A stretch of DNA of 32,000 nucleotides from an archaeon (GTDB lineage: Archaea > Iainarchaeota > Iainarchaeia > Iainarchaeales > CSSED10-239). Positions 1 through 7,611 of the stretch are shown in pieces (the first letter of the stretch is position 1; each line of letters starts with the position of its first letter). The stretch spans positions 1 through 32,000 of the forward strand of contig DAOMZT010000005.1 of NCBI GenBank assembly GCA_035400625.1, written 5' to 3'. The notes under the pieces were generated by a model. That model was not told the DNA's origin. It saw only the letters and a list, made by a program, of their open reading frames with translations, and did no database searches. A program made the position numbers and the translations under genes.

Positions 1-390
1 ATCTTCTGAAAATATAGCAAGAGGATATCCTTTTCCAGATCCAAATTGTTTATTATATTCTAACATTAAATTAGCATTATATTCATTTAATGCCTTTACT
101 TCATATTCTATTACAGCAACATCATTTCTGCTTAAGGAAATATCCCGTAAAAGAACAGGATCTACTTTAGCACAATGTGGGCAACCAATACCAGTAAAAT
201 AAACAATTCCTAAAACTTCTGTTTTTTGAGTATTATTTATTGGATTATTAATTATTGGAAAAATAGGATTATTATCTTCAATTGTACAACTGTCTGCATT
301 TGTGTCAGTTTCACAATCTGCAAAAACAACACCTATATTTGAAACAAATAGTATTAAAATTATGAAACAGAGTATTTTCTTTAAATCCAT
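1..390 (-). CDS. Secreted thioredoxin-fold thiol:disulfide oxidoreductase (CPHC active site), C-terminus outside window
   Basis: Not in the ORF track. I translated the minus strand by hand from the ATG at 390-388: MDLKKILCFIILILFVSNIGVVFADCETDTNADSC...VLGIVYFTGIGCPHCAKVDPVLL... It has a hydrophobic signal-like N-terminus followed by a CPHC (CxxC) motif in a beta-strand/helix context typical of DsbA/thioredoxin-like proteins. The frame stays open to position 1. Confidence 0.7.
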   Translation of the reverse strand, partial: MDLKKILCFIILILFVSNIGVVFADCETDTNADSCTIEDNNPIFPIINNPINNTQKTEVLGIVYFTGIGCPHCAKVDPVLLRDISLSRNDVAVIEYEVKALNEYNANLMLEYNKQFGSGKGYPLAIFSED

Positions 391-434
391 AGCAATTACC
401 TATAAATATTAGTTCTTATAAATAAATATAAATA

Positions 435-710
435 TTACTTTTCTATTTTTATAGCTTTGCCATTAACTAGAGCATCTGCAATTTTCTTTCTAGCACCTAA
501 TAAGGTCCTATGAAAGGTTGGCTGGGATATTTTCATTTTTTCTGCTGCTTTTTCTTGTTCATGGTTTTCATGGTCTTTTAGTCTTATGGCTTCTAATTCG
601 TCTACTCTTAAGATTACTTCTTCTAACTCTCTTAAATTTACCCCAGCAGGTTTAAAATGCAAAAACTCAGGATTAAACCCTATTCTTCTTTGACATCTTC
701 TTCTTGGCAT
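435..710 (-). CDS. DUF134 (UPF0251) family putative DNA-binding protein
   Basis: The N-terminus MPRRRCQRRIGFNPEFLHFKPAG, followed by DELEAIRLKD...EQEKAAEKMKISQPTFHRTLLGARKKIADAL, matches the DUF134 pattern (basic Cys-containing N-terminus plus a sigma-70 region-4-like HTH). The stop codon is TAA. Confidence 0.85.
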   Translation of the reverse strand: MPRRRCQRRIGFNPEFLHFKPAGVNLRELEEVILRVDELEAIRLKDHENHEQEKAAEKMKISQPTFHRTLLGARKKIADALVNGKAIKIEK

Positions 711-892
711 AGTTCTTTCCTATTGATTTCTGAATTTCTAAAACCTAAACCTCTTCCTTGACCACGACCTCTTCTGTGACCACAACATCTTCCAAATTCT
801 CTTTGATTTGTTGCTTCTGGATTACAACCACCAAAGCCTCTACCTGTCATCGGCCCTTTCCCTTCTGGTCCTGTTTTATCTTTTCCTGGCAT
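680..892 (-). CDS. DUF5320-like small Gly/Arg-rich protein
   Basis: MPGKDKTGPEGKGPMTGRGFGGC...GRGQGRGLGF resembles the DUF5320 signature (MPRGDGTGP.G.GPMTGRG). A strong SD sequence, AGGAGGT (revcomp of 901-907), lies 8 nt upstream of the ATG. The 3' end overlaps the DUF134 start by 31 nt in another frame. Confidence 0.7.
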   Translation of the reverse strand: MPGKDKTGPEGKGPMTGRGFGGCNPEATNQREFGRCCGHRRGRGQGRGLGFRNSEINRKELCQEEDVKEE

Positions 893-911
893 ATTTTATT
901 ACCTCCTTATA

Positions 912-927
912 ATGAATATATATTCAT
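912..927. promoter_or_regulatory. Perfect 16-bp palindrome ATGAATATATATTCAT in the divergent promoter/5' leader region
   Basis: Read directly from the sequence. It sits immediately upstream of the SD of the DUF5320/DUF134 operon, within the 161-bp divergent region shared with the peroxiredoxin gene. Confidence 0.3.
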
Positions 928-1053
928 AAAGGTTTTTAAACAGATTTTTTTGCAATCTTAAAACAGAAAAATTTAAATTTATTAATATTAACAATACTCT
1001 TTAAATCCTGTTTGATACACAATTATATTATAAAGAAAAAAGGGGGAAAATAT

Positions 1054-1707
1054 ATGGAGAATACAGAAAACAAGTTTCCATTAATTGGAGATAAATTCCC
1101 AGAAATGGAAGTGTTGACTACAAGAGGTACAAAGAAATTACCTTTTGACTATAAAGGAAAATGGGTTGTATTATTTAGTCACCCAGGAGATTTTACACCT
1201 GTTTGTACAACAGAGTTTGTTAGCTTTGCAAAGAAAAAGCAAGAGTTTGATAAAATCAACACAGAGTTAATAGGCCTGTCAATGGATCAAATACAAGCAC
1301 ATATAGTTTGGGAAAACTGGATTAAAGAAAAATTAGATACAGAAATTACTTTTCCAATAATTGCTGATTCCGGATTTGTAGCTAGTAAACTAGGAATGGT
1401 ACATCCAAACAAAGGAACAAACACAGTAAGGGCTGTTTTTATTATCGATCCAGATGGAATAATAAGACTAATTATGTATTATCCTCAAGAGATTGGAAGA
1501 AATATTGACGAGATAATAAGAAGCATAAAAGCATTACAAGTAACTGATAAACATAAAGTTGCAACGCCTGAAAACTGGCCAAACAACCCACTAATACAGG
1601 ATAAAGTAATTATACCGCCTGCAAAAGACACAGAAACAGCAAAGAAAAGACTAATTGAATACAAAGGCAGTTGTTACGATTGGTGGATGTGCTATAAGAA
1701 ATTATAA
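1054..1707 (+). CDS. Peroxiredoxin (archaeal Prx6-like/2-Cys type thioredoxin peroxidase)
   Basis: [13 protein letters not shown]...[20 protein letters not shown] contains the peroxidatic Cys motif [11 protein letters not shown]. The C-terminal [10 protein letters not shown] resembles the Cys pair of archaeal (Aeropyrum-type) Prx. I prefer the ATG at 1054, which is preceded by the GGGGG SD-like run, over the TTG at 1012 used in the track. Confidence 0.95.
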   Translation: MENTENKFPLIGDKFPEMEVLTTRGTKKLPFDYKGKWVVLFSHPGDFTPVCTTEFVSFAKKKQEFDKINTELIGLSMDQIQAHIVWENWIKEKLDTEITFPIIADSGFVASKLGMVHPNKGTNTVRAVFIIDPDGIIRLIMYYPQEIGRNIDEIIRSIKALQVTDKHKVATPENWPNNPLIQDKVIIPPAKDTETAKKRLIEYKGSCYDWWMCYKKL

Positions 1708-1728
1708 TTTCTTCTTCTTTTTCTTTCT

Positions 1729-2493
1729 TTATGAAAGCAGGATTAATGTCATTCCCATAACTAAGCTTCCTAAAAGAAATCCAAATGTCATGGTGTCTTG
1801 CTTTCCATCACAACTAGAATAAGCGGTTGGCAATAACTCATCTATACAGATATAAACCATAACTCCTGCAACAAAAACAAGGATTGTGCCAATTAGTTTT
1901 TCTGATAAAAATGGTAATAAAACTATTGCAGCTAAAATAGCACCAAGTGGTTCTGCAAGACCTGAATAAACAGAAGCAAGAAATGCTTTTTTCCTGTCTT
2001 TTGTAGCATAGAATATTGGCATAGATACAGCAAAGCCTTCTGGAATATTATGAATTGCTATTGCTATTGCCATTAATAACCCAAACTTAAAGGAGCTAAG
2101 ATTGCCTGCAAAGATTGCTATCCCTTCTGGGAAATTATGTATTGCAATTCCTAATGCTACAAGTAAACCGACCTTTAACAGTTTAGGATCAAAGTGCTTA
2201 TCTTTTGAATAATTTTCCATAATGTAAGTGTGTGGAGTAAAGTAATCTATAAGAAAGGCAACTGCCGAACCAATAAAAAATGCAAAAAGTGCATTAATAT
2301 AACCAATTGCTCTTATTCCTTCAGGAAGTAACTCTATAAATGAAACAGTAATCATAACCCCTGTTGCAAAAGCCAAAGAAAAAGCAAGATAGCTCTTTTT
2401 TGGGTTCTTTATTAAAAAAATAAGCATTCCACCAATTGCTGTCGATAGCCCAGCTAAGGTAGATAATAATATCCCTGTAAGAATTGTTTTCAT
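1729..2493 (-). CDS. zupT: ZIP family divalent metal transporter (ZupT-like)
   Basis: It is a multi-pass membrane protein with the paired motifs HNFPEGIAI and HNIPEGFAV, characteristic of ZupT/ZIP. Confidence 0.9.
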   Translation of the reverse strand: MKTILTGILLSTLAGLSTAIGGMLIFLIKNPKKSYLAFSLAFATGVMITVSFIELLPEGIRAIGYINALFAFFIGSAVAFLIDYFTPHTYIMENYSKDKHFDPKLLKVGLLVALGIAIHNFPEGIAIFAGNLSSFKFGLLMAIAIAIHNIPEGFAVSMPIFYATKDRKKAFLASVYSGLAEPLGAILAAIVLLPFLSEKLIGTILVFVAGVMVYICIDELLPTAYSSCDGKQDTMTFGFLLGSLVMGMTLILLS

Positions 2494-2507
2494 TTGGTTT
2501 TCCTGAT

Positions 2508-3416
2508 TTATTTAATACAATATTTATATGCAATCAATTTATAAATCAATTTTGAAAGAAGAAAACTTTCTGCAAAAGCTGCTTTTTCTTTTGTTGGTGA
2601 AAACTCAACTATATCAACACCAAGCACTTCTTTTTCTTCAAATATTTTCTTTAAAAGATTGTTTATTTGTGTCCAGTTTAGGCCACCTGGCTCTGGGGTA
2701 TCTGTATATCTTATGATTGATGGATCAAAGATATCAACATCAATTGAAACATAGATCTTTTTTGGCAATTGTCTTAGCTTTTCCTCTAGTTGAAAGCAAT
2801 GAACTAAGTCCCAACTTTGTTGCTTTTGTGAAGATAGTAGATCTTTTGCAAATATCACTCCTACATTTTCTCCTGCTTTTGATACTAAGAAATCAATGTC
2901 GTTGTTGTCCATAGATCTTGTACCTACAAGCAAGGTCTTATGCTTCTTGGATATCTCTCTAGAAACGCAAGCATGCCACCAGGTGTCTTTTCCCCAAGGC
3001 TCTCTAAGGTCTGTGTGTGCATCAAAGACAACTATACCAAAATCCTTCTCTTTCTTTTCAATTGCCTCTATTATTGGCATTGTTGTGGAGTGGTCAGAGC
3101 CAAGGGTTATTAGGAATTTATTGCCATCGTAAATCTTGGAGTATTTGTCCAAGATTTTGTGCTTTATTTTGATAAAATCTGTATCCTTGATTGTCAGTTG
3201 CTCTTCTGTAAAGATACCAACCTCATGAGGCTCAGAAAAAAGGTCCTCCTCAAAGTATTCCAATTCTTTGCTTGCCTCTAAGATTGCCTTTGGTCCAAGG
3301 TGGCTATCGTTCTTTCTTGTGGTCTTTGTTTTAAAAGAGACTGGTAAGATAACTACCTTTGCTTTCTTTTTGTCCCTATATTCCTTTGGAAGATCCATAA
3401 AGTTCATAATCATCAC
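2508..3416 (-). CDS. speB: Agmatinase / ureohydrolase (arginase family)
   Basis: Arginase-family metal-ligand motifs are present: GSDHSTT, VVFDAHTDL, YVSIDVDIFDPS and TPEPGGL. The start overlaps the stop of the upstream gene (ATGA). Confidence 0.85.
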   Translation of the reverse strand: MMIMNFMDLPKEYRDKKKAKVVILPVSFKTKTTRKNDSHLGPKAILEASKELEYFEEDLFSEPHEVGIFTEEQLTIKDTDFIKIKHKILDKYSKIYDGNKFLITLGSDHSTTMPIIEAIEKKEKDFGIVVFDAHTDLREPWGKDTWWHACVSREISKKHKTLLVGTRSMDNNDIDFLVSKAGENVGVIFAKDLLSSQKQQSWDLVHCFQLEEKLRQLPKKIYVSIDVDIFDPSIIRYTDTPEPGGLNWTQINNLLKKIFEEKEVLGVDIVEFSPTKEKAAFAESFLLSKLIYKLIAYKYCIK

Positions 3417-4120
3417 TTACTCATTGCTTTTTTTCTTAGTTTCTCAGGCATTAATTCGATAGCATATCTTAAGGAAGTTCTTGGCATTGTTTTTTTATTC
3501 CTCATTACATAATTGAAAACTTCTTTTTGATGCTTTCTACTTGCTTCTTTTAATAACCAGCCATATCCTTTCTGGACAAGGTCTTCTTTGTCTAAAAGTA
3601 AAGTATCTGATATGTCAAAAGCAACATCAAGATATTTTCCTTTTCTTACTGGGTGAATAAAAGAAACTGCAGATGCTCTTTTCAACCAGATATTTTTAGA
3701 TTTAGACCAAGATTTCACTTCTTTTGCTAGTTGGGGGTATTTTGTTATCATGTCTCCAATTGTGTTATTACAGAAGCTATCACATTTTGCCCAGTTGTTA
3801 ATATATTTTTTAATCCATCTCTTAAATATGTAGATGTCTTTTTTTTCTAGTTTATTAATTTCTTTTGGCAGCCATTTTGCCACGATATATGCTTCTTCAC
3901 AATAGTCTGATTTTAATAGTTCTTCACAAATCTTAAATACACCTTCTTTTTTTAATTCTTTAATTTCAGGATAATATTTTTTTGCGATTTTATTAACAAT
4001 TTCTGATTTTACACCATAAACTTTTATTTCTTCTTTAAAGAACCTTTTACTACTTTCTTTAGTTTTTAGGTCTGAACTTTTTTTAAGTTCTTTTCTTATA
4101 TTTGTAATTATTTTGTTCAT
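3413..4120 (-). CDS. DNA alkylation repair protein family (AlkD-like HEAT-repeat, PF08713-like)
   Basis: The pattern ...NNWAKCDSFC...SKNIWLKRASAVSF...VQKGYGWLLKEASRKH...LRYAIELMPEKLRKK matches the DNA_alkylation family signature (W.rR.a; GW.LRE; lryA.E). Confidence 0.8.
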   Translation of the reverse strand: MNKIITNIRKELKKSSDLKTKESSKRFFKEEIKVYGVKSEIVNKIAKKYYPEIKELKKEGVFKICEELLKSDYCEEAYIVAKWLPKEINKLEKKDIYIFKRWIKKYINNWAKCDSFCNNTIGDMITKYPQLAKEVKSWSKSKNIWLKRASAVSFIHPVRKGKYLDVAFDISDTLLLDKEDLVQKGYGWLLKEASRKHQKEVFNYVMRNKKTMPRTSLRYAIELMPEKLRKKAMSK

Positions 4121-4125
4121 TTACT

Positions 4126-5169
4126 CTAGTCCTCAAAAACAACTTCTGGCCTTTCAAGATTGAAAAGATCTGTATAATAGATATATGCCCCTGCATTTAA
4201 AAACACAATCTTGTCTCCAACTTCTGGCGGATAAAGATACACTCTATATCTAAAGATATCTTCTGATGCTGGTGTCAGGCCTTTTATGACATAAGCTGTG
4301 GCTCCTTTTGTCCCTTCTTCAAGTTCTCCTTCAACCAATAGCTTAATGTTAGCAACAATTAGGTCCATTGCTGAGTTAAAGACAGAAGCATCAATAAATA
4401 TTGCATCATCAACAATATTTTTTATTGTAGTTACTAATTTACCAGAAGGTCCAGCAATTGCTCTTCCTGGTTCAATTATTAGTTTTATGTTTTTGCTATT
4501 TGCGTGTGCTTTTAGTTCTTTTATTTTTCTGTAAATGTCTTTTATTGTTTCTGCTTTGACATTCTTGTAATCTATTGGTATTCCTCCACCAATATCAAGA
4601 TAGCTTATGCTTTGCCAGGTTTCTGGAGACAATGACTCTTCCAATTCACCAACAATATTCCATTCTGAAAGGTTCTGTGTTTTTCTGTGTGTGTGTATTC
4701 CTAGTTGTTTTATGTTTTTGTTTTTCTTTAGTTTTGGTATAAGTTCATTAATGTCTCTAGAAAAGAAGCCATATACAAAATATCTACCTGTCTGCACAGT
4801 ATATTCTTTTAGTCTCATTCTTAGAAATAAAGTAATTTGTTTGTTTTCTGATTGTAGGTGTTTTTCTAAGAAATTAAGATCGTTTATGTTATCTACTATG
4901 TAGTTATCTACTCCTTTTTCAAAAAGAACATCAAGTTCTTCTTTTTCTGGAGAATGAAGCATAAACAATATTCTTTTTGTGTCTTTGATATATTGTAACT
5001 CATTAATATGATGTATTAAAAAAAAAGAATTTGTTTTTTCTTCAAGTATTTGTGTTATGTGAGGATTAGATTTTACGCTATATGCAACAATATCTGTAAG
5101 CTCTTGAAGTTTAGAAAAATTATCAATGATTGCCTTTTTAGAAAAGACAAACTTTGCCTTAGAAAACAT
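4126..5169 (-). CDS. PLP-dependent fold-III decarboxylase (Orn/Arg/DAP decarboxylase family), divergent
   Basis: Family motifs are present: AYSVKSNP (PLP-Lys motif AxKxN), LGIHTH, DIGGGIP, EPGRAIAG and NAGAY. I prefer the start at the internal ATG (MFSKAKFVFSKK...) at 5169, because the track start at 5247 would overlap the upstream gene. Confidence 0.8.
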   Translation of the reverse strand: MFSKAKFVFSKKAIIDNFSKLQELTDIVAYSVKSNPHITQILEEKTNSFFLIHHINELQYIKDTKRILFMLHSPEKEELDVLFEKGVDNYIVDNINDLNFLEKHLQSENKQITLFLRMRLKEYTVQTGRYFVYGFFSRDINELIPKLKKNKNIKQLGIHTHRKTQNLSEWNIVGELEESLSPETWQSISYLDIGGGIPIDYKNVKAETIKDIYRKIKELKAHANSKNIKLIIEPGRAIAGPSGKLVTTIKNIVDDAIFIDASVFNSAMDLIVANIKLLVEGELEEGTKGATAYVIKGLTPASEDIFRYRVYLYPPEVGDKIVFLNAGAYIYYTDLFNLERPEVVFED

Positions 5170-5222
5170 AAATAATATATGGTTAAATAAGGTTTTAAAA
5201 ATAGTAGTTTTAAAGAAAAAAA

Positions 5223-5579
5223 TTATTCTCTGCCTGGCTTTTCCCAATAACCATTATATTTCTCTAGAGGGAATCTTTTTTCATTTTTTTTTAATTTTTT
5301 AAGTAATGCTTCTTCTAAATCTATATTGTTTCTTTCAGCAAACAACAATAAAAACCATAACACATCAGAAGCTTCTTCTGCAATTTCGTCTTTTCTTTTT
5401 AAATTATTAAGTATTTTTTCACATTCTTCATTAGTTTTAAATCTAAAATGATCTAATAATTCTCCAGCTTCTGTAGAAACACCAATCACTAGATCTTTTG
5501 GGGTTTGATATTTCTTTCAATTTCTCTTGTCATTAAAATTTAATATTATTTTACCAAGTTCTTTCAGATCTTTTGCCAT
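5223..5579 (-). pseudogene. MazG-like nucleoside-triphosphate pyrophosphohydrolase (DCTPP1-like) interrupted by one in-frame TGA
   Basis: Hand translation from the ATG at 5579-5577 gives MAKDLKELGKIILNFNDKRN*KKYQTPKDLVIGVSTEAGELLDHFRFK..., continuing into the track ORF 5223..5489 in the same frame. The TGA (5519-5517) falls where the family has the invariant Trp (F..ERDW.QFH.P.NL...L..E.GEL.E.FQWK). Confidence 0.75.
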
Positions 5580-5749
5580 ATCTTTCACCGACCTTATAAA
5601 AAACAATTATAGTTTAAAACAATTTAAATATTTATTCTTTATATATGCTAGATTTTATAATTGTATTATATTTTTCGGATTTTTACTAAAAAATAAAATA
5701 ATAATCTAATTATATTTTATAGATTTTTTAATCATTTTGATAATTATTC

Positions 5750-5938
5750 CTATTCTATTTTCTTTTTTATTATATCCCAATTATCTTTATATTTTAAAAA
5801 GTCAGGGATCTTTTTTATAAAACATTTATTCCAATTATCGTTTCCACGATACTTAATTATAATATCCGTTGGAAAAACATATATTTCTCTATTTGAATAT
5901 TTTAATTTTGGATCTGTTTCAAAATCGTTTATCCTCAA
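5750..5938 (-). CDS. Hypothetical small protein (doubtful; TTG start only)
   Basis: It is an open frame of 62 codons bounded upstream by TAA, with no ATG and no recognisable motif. Confidence 0.2.
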   Translation of the reverse strand: MRINDFETDPKLKYSNREIYVFPTDIIIKYRGNDNWNKCFIKKIPDFLKYKDNWDIIKKKIE

Positions 5939-5962
5939 TTCTTAAAAGTTAAAAATGAATAA

Positions 5963-6673
5963 TTATTTAGGATTGTATCCTAAGATTTTTTTTGCCTTTG
6001 AGATATCTATGTCTTTAATGTTATCATCAACAATTGTAAATGCTTCATACCAGATTTTTCTATTTGTATTTATTGCCAAATCTATTGCTTGTAGTGCATT
6101 TTCAATCTTAAGGTGTAGTTTTAGTTCTCCAAATGGATTATAAATATCTTTTGCTCTTGTTGGCCCAAAACGAAGAATAATAACTTCGAATTTCTTTAAT
6201 ATTCCATAATTTGCAAGAATTTGTTCTGCAATTACTTTACTTGTAGAATAAGATATGTCACAATCTCTAACAATAGGGGATAATGCTTCTGTTTCTAATT
6301 TTTGGGTAAAGATTTGACTATCTTCTGATATTGGAATTTTAATAGGCATTCCTTTTTCTAAACCATAATAACTCATAGAGCTTGTAAAAATTAATTTCTT
6401 AATTCCATTTTCTAAACATGCTTGAGCCACATTAAAAGTACCAATACAATTAGTGTCAAAATAATCTTTGAATACTTTATCCTCATAAGGTTTTCTATGT
6501 GCTGCTAAATGGATTACAATATCACAACCTTTCATTGCTGATTTAAGTTGTTCATAATTTAGGATATCGCAACCTTTATTATATGCATATTCAACGATTT
6601 CGTGTTTGCCTGATAAATATTTAATTAATTCATTACCAATAAATCCAGAACTTCCCGTTATTAAAATTTTCAT
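5963..6673 (-). CDS. NAD-dependent epimerase/dehydratase family protein (compact, 236 aa)
   Basis: It has the N-terminal Rossmann motif MKILITGSSGFIGNEL, the catalytic YSTSK (YxxxK) and a C-terminal AKKILGYNPK typical of extended SDRs. Confidence 0.85.
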   Translation of the reverse strand: MKILITGSSGFIGNELIKYLSGKHEIVEYAYNKGCDILNYEQLKSAMKGCDIVIHLAAHRKPYEDKVFKDYFDTNCIGTFNVAQACLENGIKKLIFTSSMSYYGLEKGMPIKIPISEDSQIFTQKLETEALSPIVRDCDISYSTSKVIAEQILANYGILKKFEVIILRFGPTRAKDIYNPFGELKLHLKIENALQAIDLAINTNRKIWYEAFTIVDDNIKDIDISKAKKILGYNPK

Positions 6674-6780
6674 TATAAAATCACAATTAGCTTGTTATTT
6701 CTTTGATTTTTATAATCGTTTACTTCTATTGTTCTTAATGTTAGTCCCATTTATAAAAATTCCATAGTTTAATTCTAAAC

Positions 6781-7512
6781 TTATTTATACCCACCATCTG
6801 CTATTAATACAATCCCGTTTACATAACTGGAGTCTTGTGATGATAGAAAGAAAGCAACTGATGCAATTTCTTCTGGCTTACCAAATCTTTTTGTAAATAT
6901 TCTTTTTTCTTCTTCTTTTATGTATTCTTTTGGTAGTTTTTTGTTTATGTCTGTTAATACCCATCCTGGAGCAATACAGTTTACTCTGATCTTTGGTGCT
7001 AGTTCTTCTGCTAAGTTTCTAGTAAAACTAATTATCCCTGCTTTTGAAGCATCATAGTCTGCAGAGTCTGGACAAGTAACATTTATTCCGTTTGTTGATG
7101 CTATGTTAATTATGTTTCCAAAACCTTGCTTTAACATATAAGGAGCAGTATATTTAGAACAAAAATAAGCCCCATTTAAATTAACATCAAAAGTTCTTTT
7201 CCATTGTTTTGTTGTTTTCTTTAATAATGGAACATCATAAACTATTCCTGCATTATTTACTAAAACATCTATTTTTCCAAATGTTTTAATAACTTGAGTA
7301 ATCATTTTTTTAACAGCGGTTTCATTTGAAACATCACATTTAATTGCAATAGCTTCTACACCTAGTTTTTTTATATCTCGAACTACTTTATTTGCTTCTA
7401 TTTTGGAATTATTATAGTTTACTACAATATTCATTCCTTCTTTTGCAAACCTTAAAGCAATTGCTTTTCCTATTCCTCTACTTGAGCCTGTAACTAATGC
7501 AACTTTATTCAT
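6781..7512 (-). CDS. Short-chain dehydrogenase/reductase (FabG-like 3-oxoacyl reductase family)
   Basis: The classical SDR signature is present: VALVTGSSRGIGKAIA (TGxxxGxG), NNAG, and YDASKAG (YxxxK). Confidence 0.9.
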   Translation of the reverse strand: MNKVALVTGSSRGIGKAIALRFAKEGMNIVVNYNNSKIEANKVVRDIKKLGVEAIAIKCDVSNETAVKKMITQVIKTFGKIDVLVNNAGIVYDVPLLKKTTKQWKRTFDVNLNGAYFCSKYTAPYMLKQGFGNIINIASTNGINVTCPDSADYDASKAGIISFTRNLAEELAPKIRVNCIAPGWVLTDINKKLPKEYIKEEEKRIFTKRFGKPEEIASVAFFLSSQDSSYVNGIVLIADGGYK

Positions 7513-7611
7513 TTCTAATTACCTCTTTTGATATTTTTATAACCTAAAGACTTTAAATACTTTTTGATTAGATATAGATTGCTAGTTATGTTGCTAACAA
7601 ATAAAAACCAT

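Noticed and set aside
1012-1053. N-terminal extensions from non-ATG starts in the ORF track (Prx at 1012, ORF6N at 8603, ABC ATPase at 15005, TspO at 28528, decarboxylase at 5247)
   Set aside because: In each case an internal ATG gives an N-terminus that matches the family's usual start, removes overlap with neighbouring genes or promoter DNA, and in some cases has an SD-like purine run upstream.
2528-3462. A series of plus-strand ORFs (2528-2716, 2717-2914, 2896-3132, 3268-3462) opposite the agmatinase gene
   Set aside because: They are shadow ORFs antisense to a gene with clear arginase-family motifs. They are leucine/serine/phenylalanine-rich and fragmented across frames. The same reasoning applies to these antisense ORFs:
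- 758-961;
- 2321-2533;
- 4298-4903;
- 5955-6143;
- 10443-10700;
- 11790-12008;
- 12506-12706;
- 12983-13621;
- 13855-14046;
- 14708-14929;
- 15366-16045;
- 17262-18095;
- 18466-18708;
- 19234-19708;
- 20034-20249;
- 20683-20905;
- 22355-22716;
- 25553-25861;
- 27148-28099;
- 28583-28789;
- 30233-30581;
- 31536-31869.
3413-4120. The HEAT-repeat protein in the polyamine operon as the missing archaeal deoxyhypusine hydroxylase
   Set aside because: DOHH is defined by four His-Glu metal-binding motifs on HEAT repeats, and this protein has none. Its sequence matches the DNA_alkylation (AlkD-like) signature instead.
5517-5519. TGA reassigned to Trp or Gly (genetic code 4 or 25) as the explanation for the in-frame TGA in the MazG-like gene
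   Set aside because: TGA terminates three well-defined genes in the same window (ABC ATPase at 15761-15763, CARDB protein at 17087-17089, permease at 18334-18336). In each case it falls at the expected protein C-terminus and has the next start codon adjacent to or overlapping it. Global recoding is therefore unlikely.
5527-5709. A 60-aa plus-strand ORF in the mazG upstream region
   Set aside because: Its 5' part is antisense to the reconstructed MazG-like N-terminus. The rest is low-complexity F/I/L/K-rich sequence in an AT-rich promoter region.
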